64,000 nucleotides of DNA from a bacterium (GTDB taxonomy: Bacteria > UBA8248). Shown in pieces: positions 39,834-50,819 of the stretch (positions within the stretch are counted from its first letter, which is position 1; each line of letters starts with the position of its first letter). Location of the stretch: NCBI GenBank assembly GCA_965203325.1, contig OZ241875.1, forward strand, positions 2,560,001 through 2,624,000. The letters run 5' to 3'. The notes below the pieces were generated by a model. The model did no database searches. It worked only from the letters and a program-made list of their open reading frames with translations, and was not told the origin of the DNA. A program made the position numbers and the translations under genes.

Positions 39834-40871
39834 ATGTGGCGTAATCGAAGAGATGGAAAGCGTCTCGTTGAAAACCGGACCGTGAGAATTAGCGGGTTGT
39901 TCCTGGTGCTGGCGATATTCGGCTTTGTCGCCGTTCTCTCGACCCCCGTATTCGCCATGGACAAGCAGCTTACCTTCATGTCGGGCGGTGCGAAGGGCTC
40001 CTGGTACCGCTACCTGACGGCGATGAGCGAATGTATGCGGAAAAACAGCGACATCAAGGTCACCGTCGTCCCGACCTCGGGCGGCATGGAAGCCTTCAGG
40101 AAGCTCCAGGCGGGCAAGGCCGACGTGGGCTTCACCTTCCAGACCGTGGCCTTTCCGGCCTGGGCCGGCAAGGGAAGCTGGAAGGGAAAGAAGCTCCGGG
40201 AACTGCGCGCGGTCGGTTTCGGGATTTCTTCTTCGATATTCCACTTCGTCGTCCTGAAAAGCTCCGGCATCGAGAAGCTGGCCGATTTGAGCGGGAAGAA
40301 GTTCTCGCCCTGCCCCATCGGCACCACCTGCTACGCATCCGTCGGCTCCTTTCTCAGGCACATCGGCTTGTACAACAAGATCAAGGTCAGCAACCTCTCG
40401 CACGGTGAGCAGGTCAGTTACCTGAAGGACGGCAAGATCGACGGCTACGCCCTGCAGGGCGGTCTGCCGAACCCCTCGGTCACCGAGGCGGCCCTGACCC
40501 GGCCCGTCCGGCTGATCAGCGTCGATCAGGGGGTGGATTTCAGCGGTTTCCTGAAGGAGTTTCCCGGCTTCGAACCCACGACGATTCCGAAGGGGACCTA
40601 CAAGGGCGTGGACTATGACGTGTCCACCATGGGCCTGAGCGGTGTTCTGGTGGCGAACAAAAACACCTCGCCCGATTTGATTTACGAGATGACGAAGACG
40701 CTCTGGGGCAAGTCCTGCGTCGGTTACCTGACGAAGAACAACCGCGGCCTGGCCGGCATGAAGAAAGCCAATCCGACCGAAGGGCTGGTGATTCCGGTTC
40801 ACGCGGGCGCCGCCCGGTACTGGAAGGAAAGAGGGATCAAGAATATGGCGCCCGCCGAGGGCTCGATGTAA
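39834..40871 (+). CDS. TAXI-family TRAP transporter solute receptor
   Basis: SGGAKGSWY, TSGGME, DGKIDG, IPVHAGAARYWKE; start uncertain. Confidence 0.9.
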   Translation: MWRNRRDGKRLVENRTVRISGLFLVLAIFGFVAVLSTPVFAMDKQLTFMSGGAKGSWYRYLTAMSECMRKNSDIKVTVVPTSGGMEAFRKLQAGKADVGFTFQTVAFPAWAGKGSWKGKKLRELRAVGFGISSSIFHFVVLKSSGIEKLADLSGKKFSPCPIGTTCYASVGSFLRHIGLYNKIKVSNLSHGEQVSYLKDGKIDGYALQGGLPNPSVTEAALTRPVRLISVDQGVDFSGFLKEFPGFEPTTIPKGTYKGVDYDVSTMGLSGVLVANKNTSPDLIYEMTKTLWGKSCVGYLTKNNRGLAGMKKANPTEGLVIPVHAGAARYWKERGIKNMAPAEGSM

Positions 40872-41039
40872 TTCCGGCGGGTGATTTTCGCGTTTCTATC
40901 CGGGGAAGCGTGGAGTTCGGGTAGCCTTCGTTATTCATTTGCGAAGGCGCCCGATTCCACCTCCTGAGATAATCAGCGATGGACATGAATCGGGGTTTCC
41001 CGATCCCGTGCGGGACCCAAGAGGGCGGAGCCGTGTGCG

Positions 41040-42134
41040 ATGAGTTTTGAGAGAAAGACACTCGGGGTCGCCGTGGTCGGCGCGGGGCGCATGGGGACCC
41101 ATCGCGCCCGAATGGCGTCCAAACACCCCGCGGTCCGGTTTCTGGCCATTTCGGATATCGACCCCTCCCGCGCCAAGGCGCTGGGCGAAGAGGTGGGAGC
41201 GCATTTCACCACAGGCGACAACGAGGAGGCGATATCCCACCCCGACGTCACCGCCGTCATCGTGTCCACCCCCGAACCCAGGCACGTCGAGCCGATTCTG
41301 CAGACCATCGAGCGCGGAAAACGCGTCGTGGTCGAGACGCCCCTGGCCTTGAGCCTTGACGATGCGGACAGGCTTATCGATGCTTCCGCGCGCAGTGGCG
41401 TGGAACTGCACGTGAACTACAGCAAGCGTTACTCGCGCCACTACTTCCTCGGCAAGGAGCAGGTCGTGGAGGGACGGCTGGGGCGGCTCCTGGGTGGAAC
41501 GGCCCGGGTGTACAATTCGCGCGCGCAGGCCTTCGAGATCCTGAAACGAACGGACGAGGTCACCCCGGTGGTCGACGTACTGGTCTACTCGGTGGATATG
41601 ATTTGCTGGCTCATGGAGGGAATCCGCCCCGTGGAGGTTTTCGCCCGCGGTCACGGGATCGTTTTCGAAGAAGCCGGCTACCCCGGCATCGACGATACGA
41701 CCTGGGCGATTCTCACGTTCGAGGACGGCGCCGTCTTCAGCCTGGGAATCTGCTACGCTCTGCCCTACAAATATCCCACGCTGGGGCAAGGCACCCGCCT
41801 GGAAGTCATCGGAAAGGAGGGAGTGCTTCTCTTCGACGAGGACAAGAAGGAGAACCTCCTCTATACGGAGAAGGGCTATCCCCACGTCTACGTCCCCGAT
41901 CACCACATCAACACCGCGTTCCTGGGAACCAACTCCGCCGGCGACTGGGCGCTCGATCATATGTTCGGGCCCGTCGCCCACGAGACGCGCGCCTGGCTCG
42001 ATTACCTTTCGACGGGGAACCCCTGCCTGCATCCGACCGCCAAAGAGGCGCGGCAGACTCTGGAAATCACGCTCGCGATCGACGAATCCGCCCGGACCGG
42101 AAGGGCGATCGAGTTGCCATCGAGAGTCATCTGA
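41040..42134 (+). CDS. Gfo/Idh/MocA-family oxidoreductase
   Basis: VVGAGRMG Rossmann motif, VIVSTPEPRH, VVETPLA. Confidence 0.88.
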   Translation: MSFERKTLGVAVVGAGRMGTHRARMASKHPAVRFLAISDIDPSRAKALGEEVGAHFTTGDNEEAISHPDVTAVIVSTPEPRHVEPILQTIERGKRVVVETPLALSLDDADRLIDASARSGVELHVNYSKRYSRHYFLGKEQVVEGRLGRLLGGTARVYNSRAQAFEILKRTDEVTPVVDVLVYSVDMICWLMEGIRPVEVFARGHGIVFEEAGYPGIDDTTWAILTFEDGAVFSLGICYALPYKYPTLGQGTRLEVIGKEGVLLFDEDKKENLLYTEKGYPHVYVPDHHINTAFLGTNSAGDWALDHMFGPVAHETRAWLDYLSTGNPCLHPTAKEARQTLEITLAIDESARTGRAIELPSRVI

Positions 42135-42198
42135 GAATCCCCCACCCTGCATATGACGCCCCTGACGCCATACGAGGCATGCCTGCGGAACGCAGGGG

Positions 42199-44148
42199 AT
42201 GGAGACAGTAGCCGTGCGCGATGACACCCGAAGTAACTGGCTCGACCGCTTCGTCACCCGGACCACGGCCATTCCGCTGCCCCGGGACTTGCGCTCGAAG
42301 GGACTCCGGGCCGTCGTAACGCTGGTTTCCGTCGCGTTTTCCCTGCTCTATATCTACTACGCCGGGTTCGGGTATTTCTCGCCCGAGAGCTTCATCTCGG
42401 GATACCTGGGTTTCACCTTCGTCCTGGTTTTCATCCTTTTTCCGGGGTCTGATAAATCGCCGCGCGACCGGATTACCACAGTCGACGGGATTTTGGTGTT
42501 GAGCACCATCGCGGTCACCTACCATTACAACGTCTACTTCCCCATCCGCTACATCGAGCGGTTCGGCGAGGCGCTCGCGCACGACGTGGTTTTCGGCATC
42601 ATGGCCATCGTTCTGGCCCTGGAGGCCTGCCGTCGCACGCTGGGCCCCGCCCTCCCGCTGATCTCGCTCGCCTTGATCGGGTATTCCCTTTTCGGCCCCT
42701 ACTTTCCGGGTCATCTGACGCACCAGGGGATCAGCGTCTGGGATACCGCGGCATGGCTTTACAGCAACCAGTCGATCTACGGCGTCATCACGCGGATTTT
42801 TGCGAGTTTCGTATTTCTCTTCATCGTGTTCGGCGCGATTCTGGAGATGTCGGGCGGCAAGGAGCTCTTCCTCAATCTCCCGCTCTCGATTATCGGGCGG
42901 ACGCGGGGAGGCTCGGCGAAGCTGAGCGCCGTGGCGAGCGCGCTCTTCGGCATGATATCCGGGAGTCCCACGGCGAACATCGTGGGCACCGGAACGCTCA
43001 CCATCCCGCTGATGAAGCGCTCCGGGTTCCCGCCGCACGTCTCGGCCGCTTTCGAGGCCACGGCCTCGACCATCGGGGTGACCATGCCCCCGCTGATGGG
43101 CGCGGCCATATTCCTCATGGCGGATTTCACGGGAATTCCCTATCTGGAAATCGTCAAGGTATCCATACTGCCCTCGCTGCTGTTCATGCTCTCCCTCCTG
43201 GCGGTGGCCCACGTGTACGCCCGGAAGGCGGGCATCGAGGGGTTGCCGCCCGAGGAGCTGGGGGATCCATGGGAGATACTCAAAAACTACTGGACCTTCG
43301 CGGTTCCCCTGGGTCTCATCTTCTACATGCTCGGATCGGGCTACAGCCCGGATTACGCCGTGTTCGTCGCTATTCTGGGAGTGGCGGGAGCGAGTCTCCT
43401 CTCCAGGCACACGCGCCTGACGATTCCCCAATGGGGCAAAATCCTGGAAGTCGGCGCCCGGAGGTCGCTCACCGTCGGCGGATTGGCCGGATGCCTGGGC
43501 ATCATCATCGGGATCGTGTTCCGAACGGGAATCGGGACCAAGCTCTCGATTCTGGTGGTCGACCTGTCCGGCGGATATCTCATTCTCGCTGTTTTGCTGA
43601 CCGCCCTGGTGACGTTCGTGCTGGGGATGGGCGTCTCCTCCATCACGGCAGACTACCTCCTCCTTTCGGTGCTGATCGCGCCGGCGCTGATTGAACTCGG
43701 CGCCACGCCCATGGCGGCCCACCTTTTGATCATCTGGTATTCGCAGACCTCGAACCTGACGCCTCCGGTCTGCGGCGGCGCCTTCACCGCGGCCGCCATC
43801 GCGGGCGCTCACCCCTGGAGGACGGGGTTTTTCGCCTTCCGGATCGGGCTGTTCATCTACCTCATCCCCATCGCCTTCGTTTTCGGCGACCTCCTGAATC
43901 CGGGGCTGAATTTTTCCTTCTTCTGGACGCTTCTGACGGCGGCCCTCTCGGCGATTTGCTTCGGCGGCGCCGTCATCGGCTACCTGACGGGCACCTTGAA
44001 TCTATGGCAGAGGTTCCTGCTCGCGGCGGCGACGATCGCCTTGTTCGAACCGCACCTGCTCCTGGATTTCATCGGGGTGGTCCTCCTGGCGCTGGTGATA
44101 GGGTGGCAAATTCTCGGGAGTAGGGGGGAGAATCAGGAGGCCGCATGA
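42199..44148 (+). CDS. TRAP fused permease (4TM/12TM)
   Basis: GGSAKLSAVASALFGMISGS..AN, TIPLMK, PPLMGAA, LGMG, TPPV. Confidence 0.92.
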   Translation: METVAVRDDTRSNWLDRFVTRTTAIPLPRDLRSKGLRAVVTLVSVAFSLLYIYYAGFGYFSPESFISGYLGFTFVLVFILFPGSDKSPRDRITTVDGILVLSTIAVTYHYNVYFPIRYIERFGEALAHDVVFGIMAIVLALEACRRTLGPALPLISLALIGYSLFGPYFPGHLTHQGISVWDTAAWLYSNQSIYGVITRIFASFVFLFIVFGAILEMSGGKELFLNLPLSIIGRTRGGSAKLSAVASALFGMISGSPTANIVGTGTLTIPLMKRSGFPPHVSAAFEATASTIGVTMPPLMGAAIFLMADFTGIPYLEIVKVSILPSLLFMLSLLAVAHVYARKAGIEGLPPEELGDPWEILKNYWTFAVPLGLIFYMLGSGYSPDYAVFVAILGVAGASLLSRHTRLTIPQWGKILEVGARRSLTVGGLAGCLGIIIGIVFRTGIGTKLSILVVDLSGGYLILAVLLTALVTFVLGMGVSSITADYLLLSVLIAPALIELGATPMAAHLLIIWYSQTSNLTPPVCGGAFTAAAIAGAHPWRTGFFAFRIGLFIYLIPIAFVFGDLLNPGLNFSFFWTLLTAALSAICFGGAVIGYLTGTLNLWQRFLLAAATIALFEPHLLLDFIGVVLLALVIGWQILGSRGENQEAA

Positions 44149-44185
44149 AGTTCCCGGATATGGCTGAACCAATGTTCCGTGGAGG

Positions 44186-46237
44186 GTGTATCGGTTGTTT
44201 ACGTTAGGCGTCGACATCGGTGGGACGTTTACCGATCTGGTGGCGGTCGATCCCGAGCGCGACGAGGTGCGGACGGGAAAGATCCCCTCGGTTTCGGATG
44301 AACCCGCAGGGGCCATCCTGGCGTGCCTGCGGGACCTCGGGCTCGAAGGCGAGGAACTGGAGCGGATGATCCATGGAACCACCGTCGCCACCAATGCGCT
44401 CCTGGAGCGGCGCGGCGCCGTGACGGCGCTGGTGACCACGCGCGGGTTCCGGGACGCCGTCGAAATCGGAAGGTGCCGACGGCTGGTCGAGGGCGGCATG
44501 TTCAACATCGGGTTCCGCCGCCCGCCGCCTCTGGTTCCCCGGAACCTCAGGGAAGAGGTGGACGAGCGCCTCCGGGCGAACGGAAGCGTCGAAGCCTCGC
44601 CCCGGCCGGAAGAGTTCCAGAAAGTAGTGGAAAATTTGAAGCGAGAAGGCGTCGAGGCGGTGGCGGTGTGTTTTCTTCACTCCTACGAGAACCCGGAGCA
44701 CGAGGAAGTCGTCGGGCGGTGGTTGCGGGACCGGTTGGGGCCTGAGGTCTACATCTCGCTTTCAAGCTCCGTGAACCCCCAGTACCGCGAGTTCGAGCGG
44801 TTCTCCACGACTGTGGTGAACGCCTATGTCGGTCCGGCGGTGGGGCGGTATCTCTCGAAACTCCGGGACGAAGATATCGGGAAGCTGGACAACCGGAGCA
44901 TTTACATCATGGGTTCGGCGGGCGGCGTGATGGATATCGACACGGCGGAGGACTTTCCGGTGCGGACCATCTTTTCGGGCCCCGCCGGCGGGGTCACCGC
45001 GGGGCGCTTTATCTCCGGGGAACTCGAACTGCCGAATCTCATCACCTGCGACATGGGCGGAACGAGCGCAGACGTCGCCCTGCTCCTCAGAGACCGGATT
45101 CTGTACGCCGGAGACGCCGTCATCTCGGGGGTACCCGTCCGCGCCGCCCAGCTCGAGATTAAAACCGTCGGCGCGGGAGCCGGTAGCATCGTGTGGGTCG
45201 ACGTCGACGGGGCGCTTTGCGTGGGACCCAGGAGCGCGGGCTCCTCGCCGGGTCCCGCCTGTTATGGATTCGGGGGAGTGGAGCCCACCGTCACCGACGC
45301 GAACGTCATCCTGAACCGGATCGGAGACGGCGCCCTTCTCGGCGGGAAAATACGGGTGGACGCCTCGCTGGCGCGAGAGGCAATGGCCCCGGTGCGGGAG
45401 GGGCTCGATTTCGGCTCGCCCGAAGAGCTGGCCGAAGGGGCGCTGAAAATTCTCGTGGCCCGGACGGTTCGGCTCATCCGCGAGATCTCGCTCGAACGGG
45501 GATTCGACCCGCGCGAATTCGCTTTCGCGGCCTTTGGCGGCGCAGGTCCCATGCACGCCGCGGCCATCGCGGATGAACTCGATATGGAAACGGTCGTGGT
45601 TCCGTCTCACCCGGGGAATTTTTCCGCCCTGGGACTCGTGATGGCGAAGATGCGCCGGGATGCGACCGCCACCTACCTCGAACGCTCCTCCACCCTCGAC
45701 TTGGCGGACCTGCGCGGCCGGCTCGGGGAGATGGCCAGGAGGGTCGAAAATCGCCTCCTTGCAGACGGCGTGCGGGAGGAGAGTATCTCCTTGTCGTGTT
45801 TTCTGGAGATGCGCTGTCTTGGGCAGGCTCACGAGATTCCCGTTCCCTTAGGATCGTCACCGGAGCGGGTGGATCTGCCGGCCATCGAGGGCGCCTTCGG
45901 CAAGATTTATGCCGAGCGCTACGGCCGCGACCCGGACCCCGCGACCGAATGGGAGGTGATCTCCATCCAGATCATCGGCGAGGGAGAAGTCCGGGCGTAT
46001 CCGGCGAATACCTGGCGGGCAAAGTGCGGAGGCGGCGAGAGTCCCAGGGAGATCAGGGAAGTCTGGTTTGAGGGGAAGTGGCGCGAAACTTCCGTATATG
46101 AGCGAAGCGAGGTTGGGCCTGGAGCGGTTGTGGAAGGTCCCGTCATCATCGAGGAGAGTGGAGCCACGACGGTAATTCCACCGGGGTGGCGCGCCACGAC
46201 CCACGAGAGCGGGCATCTTCTGCTGCAACGCCGGTAG
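44186..46237 (+). CDS. Hydantoinase/oxoprolinase subunit A
   Basis: GVDIGGTFTD, HGTTVATNALLER, DMGGTS, FGGAGPMH. Confidence 0.92.
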   Translation: MYRLFTLGVDIGGTFTDLVAVDPERDEVRTGKIPSVSDEPAGAILACLRDLGLEGEELERMIHGTTVATNALLERRGAVTALVTTRGFRDAVEIGRCRRLVEGGMFNIGFRRPPPLVPRNLREEVDERLRANGSVEASPRPEEFQKVVENLKREGVEAVAVCFLHSYENPEHEEVVGRWLRDRLGPEVYISLSSSVNPQYREFERFSTTVVNAYVGPAVGRYLSKLRDEDIGKLDNRSIYIMGSAGGVMDIDTAEDFPVRTIFSGPAGGVTAGRFISGELELPNLITCDMGGTSADVALLLRDRILYAGDAVISGVPVRAAQLEIKTVGAGAGSIVWVDVDGALCVGPRSAGSSPGPACYGFGGVEPTVTDANVILNRIGDGALLGGKIRVDASLAREAMAPVREGLDFGSPEELAEGALKILVARTVRLIREISLERGFDPREFAFAAFGGAGPMHAAAIADELDMETVVVPSHPGNFSALGLVMAKMRRDATATYLERSSTLDLADLRGRLGEMARRVENRLLADGVREESISLSCFLEMRCLGQAHEIPVPLGSSPERVDLPAIEGAFGKIYAERYGRDPDPATEWEVISIQIIGEGEVRAYPANTWRAKCGGGESPREIREVWFEGKWRETSVYERSEVGPGAVVEGPVIIEESGATTVIPPGWRATTHESGHLLLQRR

Positions 46238-46270
46238 GATGAGCAAAGGCGAGATTCACACCCCCTTGAG

Positions 46271-46482
46271 GGGGTTGTTGAAAAAGCCTCGATTGCGCAC
46301 TTCGGCGTATGGATGCCGAAGATTCGCCACCGACATTGTAGGTCGGACATATATGTCCAACATATTATGCGACCCGTGGTTTGTCGGCGAAAGACAGGGC
46401 CGCATATATGCGGCCCCTACGGGGCGAACCCGTTCAGTGCGAGAGGGTCAAACCCGACTGGGAGGGCTTTTCCAACAGCCCC
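46271..46482. mobile_element. MITE/REP composite, copy 2
   Basis: TIRs GGGGTTGTTGAAAAAG / CTTTTCCAACAGCCCC; internal GTAG-type REP palindromes (GGACATATATGTCC, GGGCCGCATATATGCGGCCC). Confidence 0.7.
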
Positions 46483-46566
46483 GCATGGAAGGATTTCAAA
46501 CATTTTCGAGGCCGGCCGGAAAATTTCGCTGGAATTGCGGCCTGCCATGAACGAAGAGGTGGAGAG

Positions 46567-47856
46567 ATGACTTCAAAAAAAGGGACGGACTTCCTCGAAA
46601 GGGCCCGTGCTTCACTACCTGGCGGCTGGCTCGGGGACCTGACGCTTCCAGAAGAGATGATGCTCATCGCTTCCCGCGGAGAAGGGAGCCGTCTGTATGA
46701 CGTGGATGGGCGCGGTTACCTCGATTTCACGATGGGCGGGGGGTCCCTGATTCTGGGCCACGCGCACCCGGCCATCCTCGAGGCGGTGCGAAGGCAGATG
46801 GAACTCGGCTCCACCTACTATACGCTGAGTGACCGCTCCATCGAGTTGGCCGAGGAACTGGTGAAGGCGATTCCCTGCGCGGAACTGGTGCGTTTCGCCT
46901 CAACGGGCGGGGAGGCCACGTTCTACGCGCTGCGGCTGGCGCGCGCCTTCACCGGCAAGGAGAAAATTCTGAAATTCGAAGGGAGCTACATCGGCCACAG
47001 CGACTACGGAATGATGAGCGTTTCCCCTCCGCGCCCGAACCTGTATCCGTCTCACCATCCCGATTCGGCCGGAATTCCCGCAGCGATTCAGGAACTGGTC
47101 ATCACGGCGCCCTTCAATAACGCCGATATCGCCTGCGGGCTGGTGGAAGAGCACGCCGGGGAACTTGCCGCCGTGATCGTCGAGCCCGTTCAGCGCGCCA
47201 TTCCCCCGGCCCCGGGTTTTCTCGAGCAGCTTCGACAGGTGACGGCCGAGCGCGGGGTGCTGCTCGTATATGATGAGGTGGTGACCGGATTCCGGCTGGC
47301 CTACGGCGGGGCGCAGGAGTATTTCGGCGTCGTTCCCGATCTGGCGGCTTACGGCAAAGCCGTCGCGTGCGGATTTCCCTTGTCGGCGGTCGCGGGACGG
47401 GCGGACGTGATGGAGCTGGCGGATCCCGCCCGAAAGGGGGAGCCCGAGTACGTCTACATCAGCGGTACGCTCTCGGGTAACCCGGTGTGCGCCGCCGCAG
47501 CGCTCGCCACCCTGGAAGAATTGTCCCGGCCCGGCGTCTACGACGGCTTGCGCGACATGGGGGACAGGTACCGCGGGGAGCTTGCGGCGTTGTTCGACGA
47601 ACACGGAGTTCCGGCCTGGGTGCAGGGAGTCGGGCCCTTTTTCCAGGTATTCTTCACGCCGAATCCGGTTACGGACTACCGGGGGCAGACGCAGGCGGAC
47701 AGGAAGCGGTTCGAATCATTCGTCCGAAAAATGTTCGCGCAGGGTATTTTCATGAGCCGCAGGGCCAAGAACTATCTTTCCACGGCCCACGGCGAACCGG
47801 ACCTTGGCGAGTTCCTCGAAGCGGCGCGAGCCGTATGCGCCGGAGGCCTCGATTGA
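46567..47856 (+). CDS. Class III PLP aminotransferase (glutamate-1-semialdehyde aminomutase-like)
   Basis: DVDGRGYLDF, ILGHAHP, FEGSYIG, YDEVVTGFR, YGKA (PLP lysine). Confidence 0.9.
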   Translation: MTSKKGTDFLERARASLPGGWLGDLTLPEEMMLIASRGEGSRLYDVDGRGYLDFTMGGGSLILGHAHPAILEAVRRQMELGSTYYTLSDRSIELAEELVKAIPCAELVRFASTGGEATFYALRLARAFTGKEKILKFEGSYIGHSDYGMMSVSPPRPNLYPSHHPDSAGIPAAIQELVITAPFNNADIACGLVEEHAGELAAVIVEPVQRAIPPAPGFLEQLRQVTAERGVLLVYDEVVTGFRLAYGGAQEYFGVVPDLAAYGKAVACGFPLSAVAGRADVMELADPARKGEPEYVYISGTLSGNPVCAAAALATLEELSRPGVYDGLRDMGDRYRGELAALFDEHGVPAWVQGVGPFFQVFFTPNPVTDYRGQTQADRKRFESFVRKMFAQGIFMSRRAKNYLSTAHGEPDLGEFLEAARAVCAGGLD

Positions 47857-47858
47857 TC

Positions 47859-49919
47859 ATGAGCGACAGCCGGACGATTCATGAGAACGCCTCGGCCGAC
47901 GCCGTCACCATCTCGGTCATTCAGGAACTCCTCGTCTCCGTGGTCCGCGAGATGCGGGTTACTTTTTCGAGAAGCGCCTTCTCGTCGATCATCAACGAAG
48001 GACACGATTTCTCCTGCGCCCTTCTTTCGCCGGAGGGAGATTTGGTCGCCCAGTCGGAAGATCATCCCGGCCACATCTTCCCGATCTCCTACGCCGCCAG
48101 AGCGGTTTTCGAGCGCTACGCCGGCGACGTTCATCCGGGCGACGTTTTTCTCCTGAACGACCCCTATATTTGCGGAACCCACATGAACGACATGGCGATG
48201 TTCTGCCCCCGGTTTCACGATGGCCGCGCGCTCGCCTTCCCGGCGCTCCGCGCGCATTGGGGGGATGTCGGCGGCTCGGTGGCCGGCAGTCTCTCCGGTG
48301 ACGCCTCCCACATCTTCATGGAGGGAATGATCGTCCCGCCCATCCGCCTCTATTCCCGGGGCGAGCTGAACCAGGAATGCTTGGAGGTCGTTCTCCGGAA
48401 CATGCGGGGCCGCGAAGACAGGCATGGCGACCTGATGGCCATGCTCGGCACCTGCCGGCTGGCGCAGCGGCGCCTGGACGAAATCGAGGAGCGGTACGGA
48501 CGCGAAACGCTCCAGGCGGTGAACGACAATCTCATAGGCAGGGCGGAGAAACGGATGCGGGCGGCCATCAGCGCGCTGCCGGACGGGATATTCCACTACG
48601 AGAATTATATCGACAACAGCGGGACGGGCGCCGAGCCGCTCAGAATTTCACTTCGCCTCCAGATTAAAGAAGATCAAATCCACTGTGATTTCAGCGGTAC
48701 TTCCGGGCAGGTGAAAGGGCCTACGAATGCAGGCCCCGCCACGGTGGCCACGTCATGCTTCATGGTGCTGAAATCGCTTCTGGATCCGGCGCTTAGCGTA
48801 AATGCGGGTTGTTTCCGCCCGCTCACGATGGAAGCCCCGGAAGGGTCTATCCTCAATGCGGAATTTCCCGCTCCGTTCGGCGGCGCTTCCGACGTGCGGC
48901 GCACGATTGAATCGTGCGTTCTGGGCGCGGCGGTTCAGGCGATGCCCGACCTTGCGGCGGGCGACACGAAGGGGGCGGCCAACCACTGCTACATCGCCGG
49001 CAGCCAACCCGACTCGGGCGAAGCCTTCCTCTACTATGAATATCCGGCGGGGGGCACGGGCGCACTCGCGGGAAGCGATGGGGACCACGCCATCCGAACC
49101 TACACCGAAGGGGACTTCAACGCCGTCCAGCCGGTAGAGAGCCTGGAAGCCACGCTTCCGGTCCTCGTGGAGGAGAGCGGCCTTCGGGTCGGCTCCTGCG
49201 GCCACGGGGAGCGGCGTGGCGGTCTCGGAATGGAGCGGAGGGTCCGCCTGGAGACCGGCGGCGCAGGCCTCACCGTTTTGACGGACCGCGTGATCATTCC
49301 GCCCTACGGAGTGGACGGCGGGACCTCGGGTGGAGGAAACCGGTTCACGGTGCACCGGGAGGGTTCAGAGGTGGAGCCTTCAGGCGTCCCGGGGAAGGCC
49401 ACGGCCTTTCCGCTCAGGGAAGGCGACGCTGTCGTGCTGCGCTCCGCGGGTGGAGGAGGCTGGGGAGATCCGATCGTCCGCACGCCTGAGGCGGTGCTCG
49501 CCGACCTCCGGCTGGGATACATCACCGTGGAGGATGCGCGGGATGTCTATGGCGTGGTCCTGAAGGACGGGGCGATCGATGTGGCCGCGACCTCCTCTGC
49601 GCGGGAGCGGCTCAGAGAATCCAGGATTTATCTCACCGTCCGCCTGAATGACGAGGACGCCTACGGCGGCGCCAGGCGGCTTTGCCCGATGTCTCCCGAG
49701 ACGGCGAGCGAAGGCGGATTTTCAGAGGGGATGCTCGTAGAGTATGTCCCGGCGCGGGGAGCGCCGCTCAGAGCCTGGGTGAAGATCACGCCGGGGCTGC
49801 CCACGGGGGAAACTCCCTTCGGACCCGTCGCGGCGAGCATCCTGAAACTACGGGAGGAGGAGCGAATATGGCTCCGGCCGGTCCTGACGCCCTATTCGCA
49901 CCCCCCGTTGGCCTCGTGA
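47859..49919 (+). CDS. Hydantoinase/oxoprolinase subunit B with C-terminal extension
   Basis: DFSCAL, NDPY..GTHMND, AHWGDVGG, GGGGWGDP. Confidence 0.92.
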   Translation: MSDSRTIHENASADAVTISVIQELLVSVVREMRVTFSRSAFSSIINEGHDFSCALLSPEGDLVAQSEDHPGHIFPISYAARAVFERYAGDVHPGDVFLLNDPYICGTHMNDMAMFCPRFHDGRALAFPALRAHWGDVGGSVAGSLSGDASHIFMEGMIVPPIRLYSRGELNQECLEVVLRNMRGREDRHGDLMAMLGTCRLAQRRLDEIEERYGRETLQAVNDNLIGRAEKRMRAAISALPDGIFHYENYIDNSGTGAEPLRISLRLQIKEDQIHCDFSGTSGQVKGPTNAGPATVATSCFMVLKSLLDPALSVNAGCFRPLTMEAPEGSILNAEFPAPFGGASDVRRTIESCVLGAAVQAMPDLAAGDTKGAANHCYIAGSQPDSGEAFLYYEYPAGGTGALAGSDGDHAIRTYTEGDFNAVQPVESLEATLPVLVEESGLRVGSCGHGERRGGLGMERRVRLETGGAGLTVLTDRVIIPPYGVDGGTSGGGNRFTVHREGSEVEPSGVPGKATAFPLREGDAVVLRSAGGGGWGDPIVRTPEAVLADLRLGYITVEDARDVYGVVLKDGAIDVAATSSARERLRESRIYLTVRLNDEDAYGGARRLCPMSPETASEGGFSEGMLVEYVPARGAPLRAWVKITPGLPTGETPFGPVAASILKLREEERIWLRPVLTPYSHPPLAS

Positions 49920-49977
49920 GCGGGCTGACAAACTTACCCCGTCTTCGGGCTTCCCCCTCGGGAAGCCCGACCTTCAA

Positions 49978-50234
49978 GGGGTTGTTGAAAAAGCCTGCTC
50001 CGGTCGGGGTTGCGGTTTTCCGCCGTCGTAGAGGGGACGCCCCTCTCGGCTTGAAAACCAACCCCCCCTACCCCCCCTTATCAGGGGGGTATGAAAAGGC
50101 GACGCCCGCCGCCGGCAGAGGGGCTTTTGTTTTTTCTTGCCCCCCTGATAAGGGGGGGTAGGGGGGGTGCCTTTATCCCCTGACAAGGGGGGTTTGGGAG
50201 TTACTCCCTTGACAAAGACTTTCTCAACACACCC
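49978..50234. mobile_element. MITE/REP composite, copy 3
   Basis: Left TIR GGGGTTGTTGAAAAAG, degenerate right TIR CTTTCTCAACACACCC; internal CCCCCTTATCAGGGGG / CCCCCTGATAAGGGGG palindromes. Confidence 0.65.
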
Positions 50235-50329
50235 CCCGGATCAAGGTTCCATGGCACTCCGTACACAATGAAGTACAATTCCTCCACACATCGAACCCAG
50301 CCAATAGAGACTTGATATTTCGGGAGGAA

Positions 50330-50558
50330 ATGAAGATGCCTCAGAAAGCGGATTATCTTGTAAGCGGGGGAACCGTTATCAAGGTGGACGAAGAGCGCCG
50401 TATTATTCGGGACGGGGCGGTCGCCATTCGAGGGGACCGAATCGCAGCCGTCGGGAAGGCGGAGGAGTTGAACCGGGAATTCACCGCTGGCCGCATGATT
50501 GACGCCAAGGGGAAACTCATCATGCCCGGTTTCGTGAATTCCCACATGCATTTTCATC
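50330..50558 (+). pseudogene. Truncated amidohydrolase/deaminase (N-terminus only)
   Basis: GGAGG RBS; GAVAIRGDRIAAVG...IDAKGKLIMPGFVNSHMH, after which similarity stops. Confidence 0.8.
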
Positions 50559-50819
50559 GATTCGAATGCGAACGGTGCAGAAGAACACGAAGCCGAAGCG
50601 AACCGGTGGGCTGCGGATTTCCTGATTCCGAGCGAGGATTGGGAGCGGTTCGTCGACATCGGTCCGAAAAGTGTCACTATTGTTCGGCGATTCGCGGAGG
50701 AACTAGGCATCGCTCCGGGCATCGTGGTCGGCAGGCTGCAGCATGAAGGCCGCCTGCCCTGGGGGCATCCTCTGAACAGGTTGAAGAGGCGCCTTAAATG
50801 GGCCAATGCTGATAGTTGA
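50553..50819 (+). pseudogene. C-terminal fragment of a HigA-ImmA/IrrE-type antitoxin-peptidase
   Basis: EAEANRWAADFLIP...FAEELGIAPGIVVGRLQHEG...LKRRLKW in a different frame with no start codon. Confidence 0.7.
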
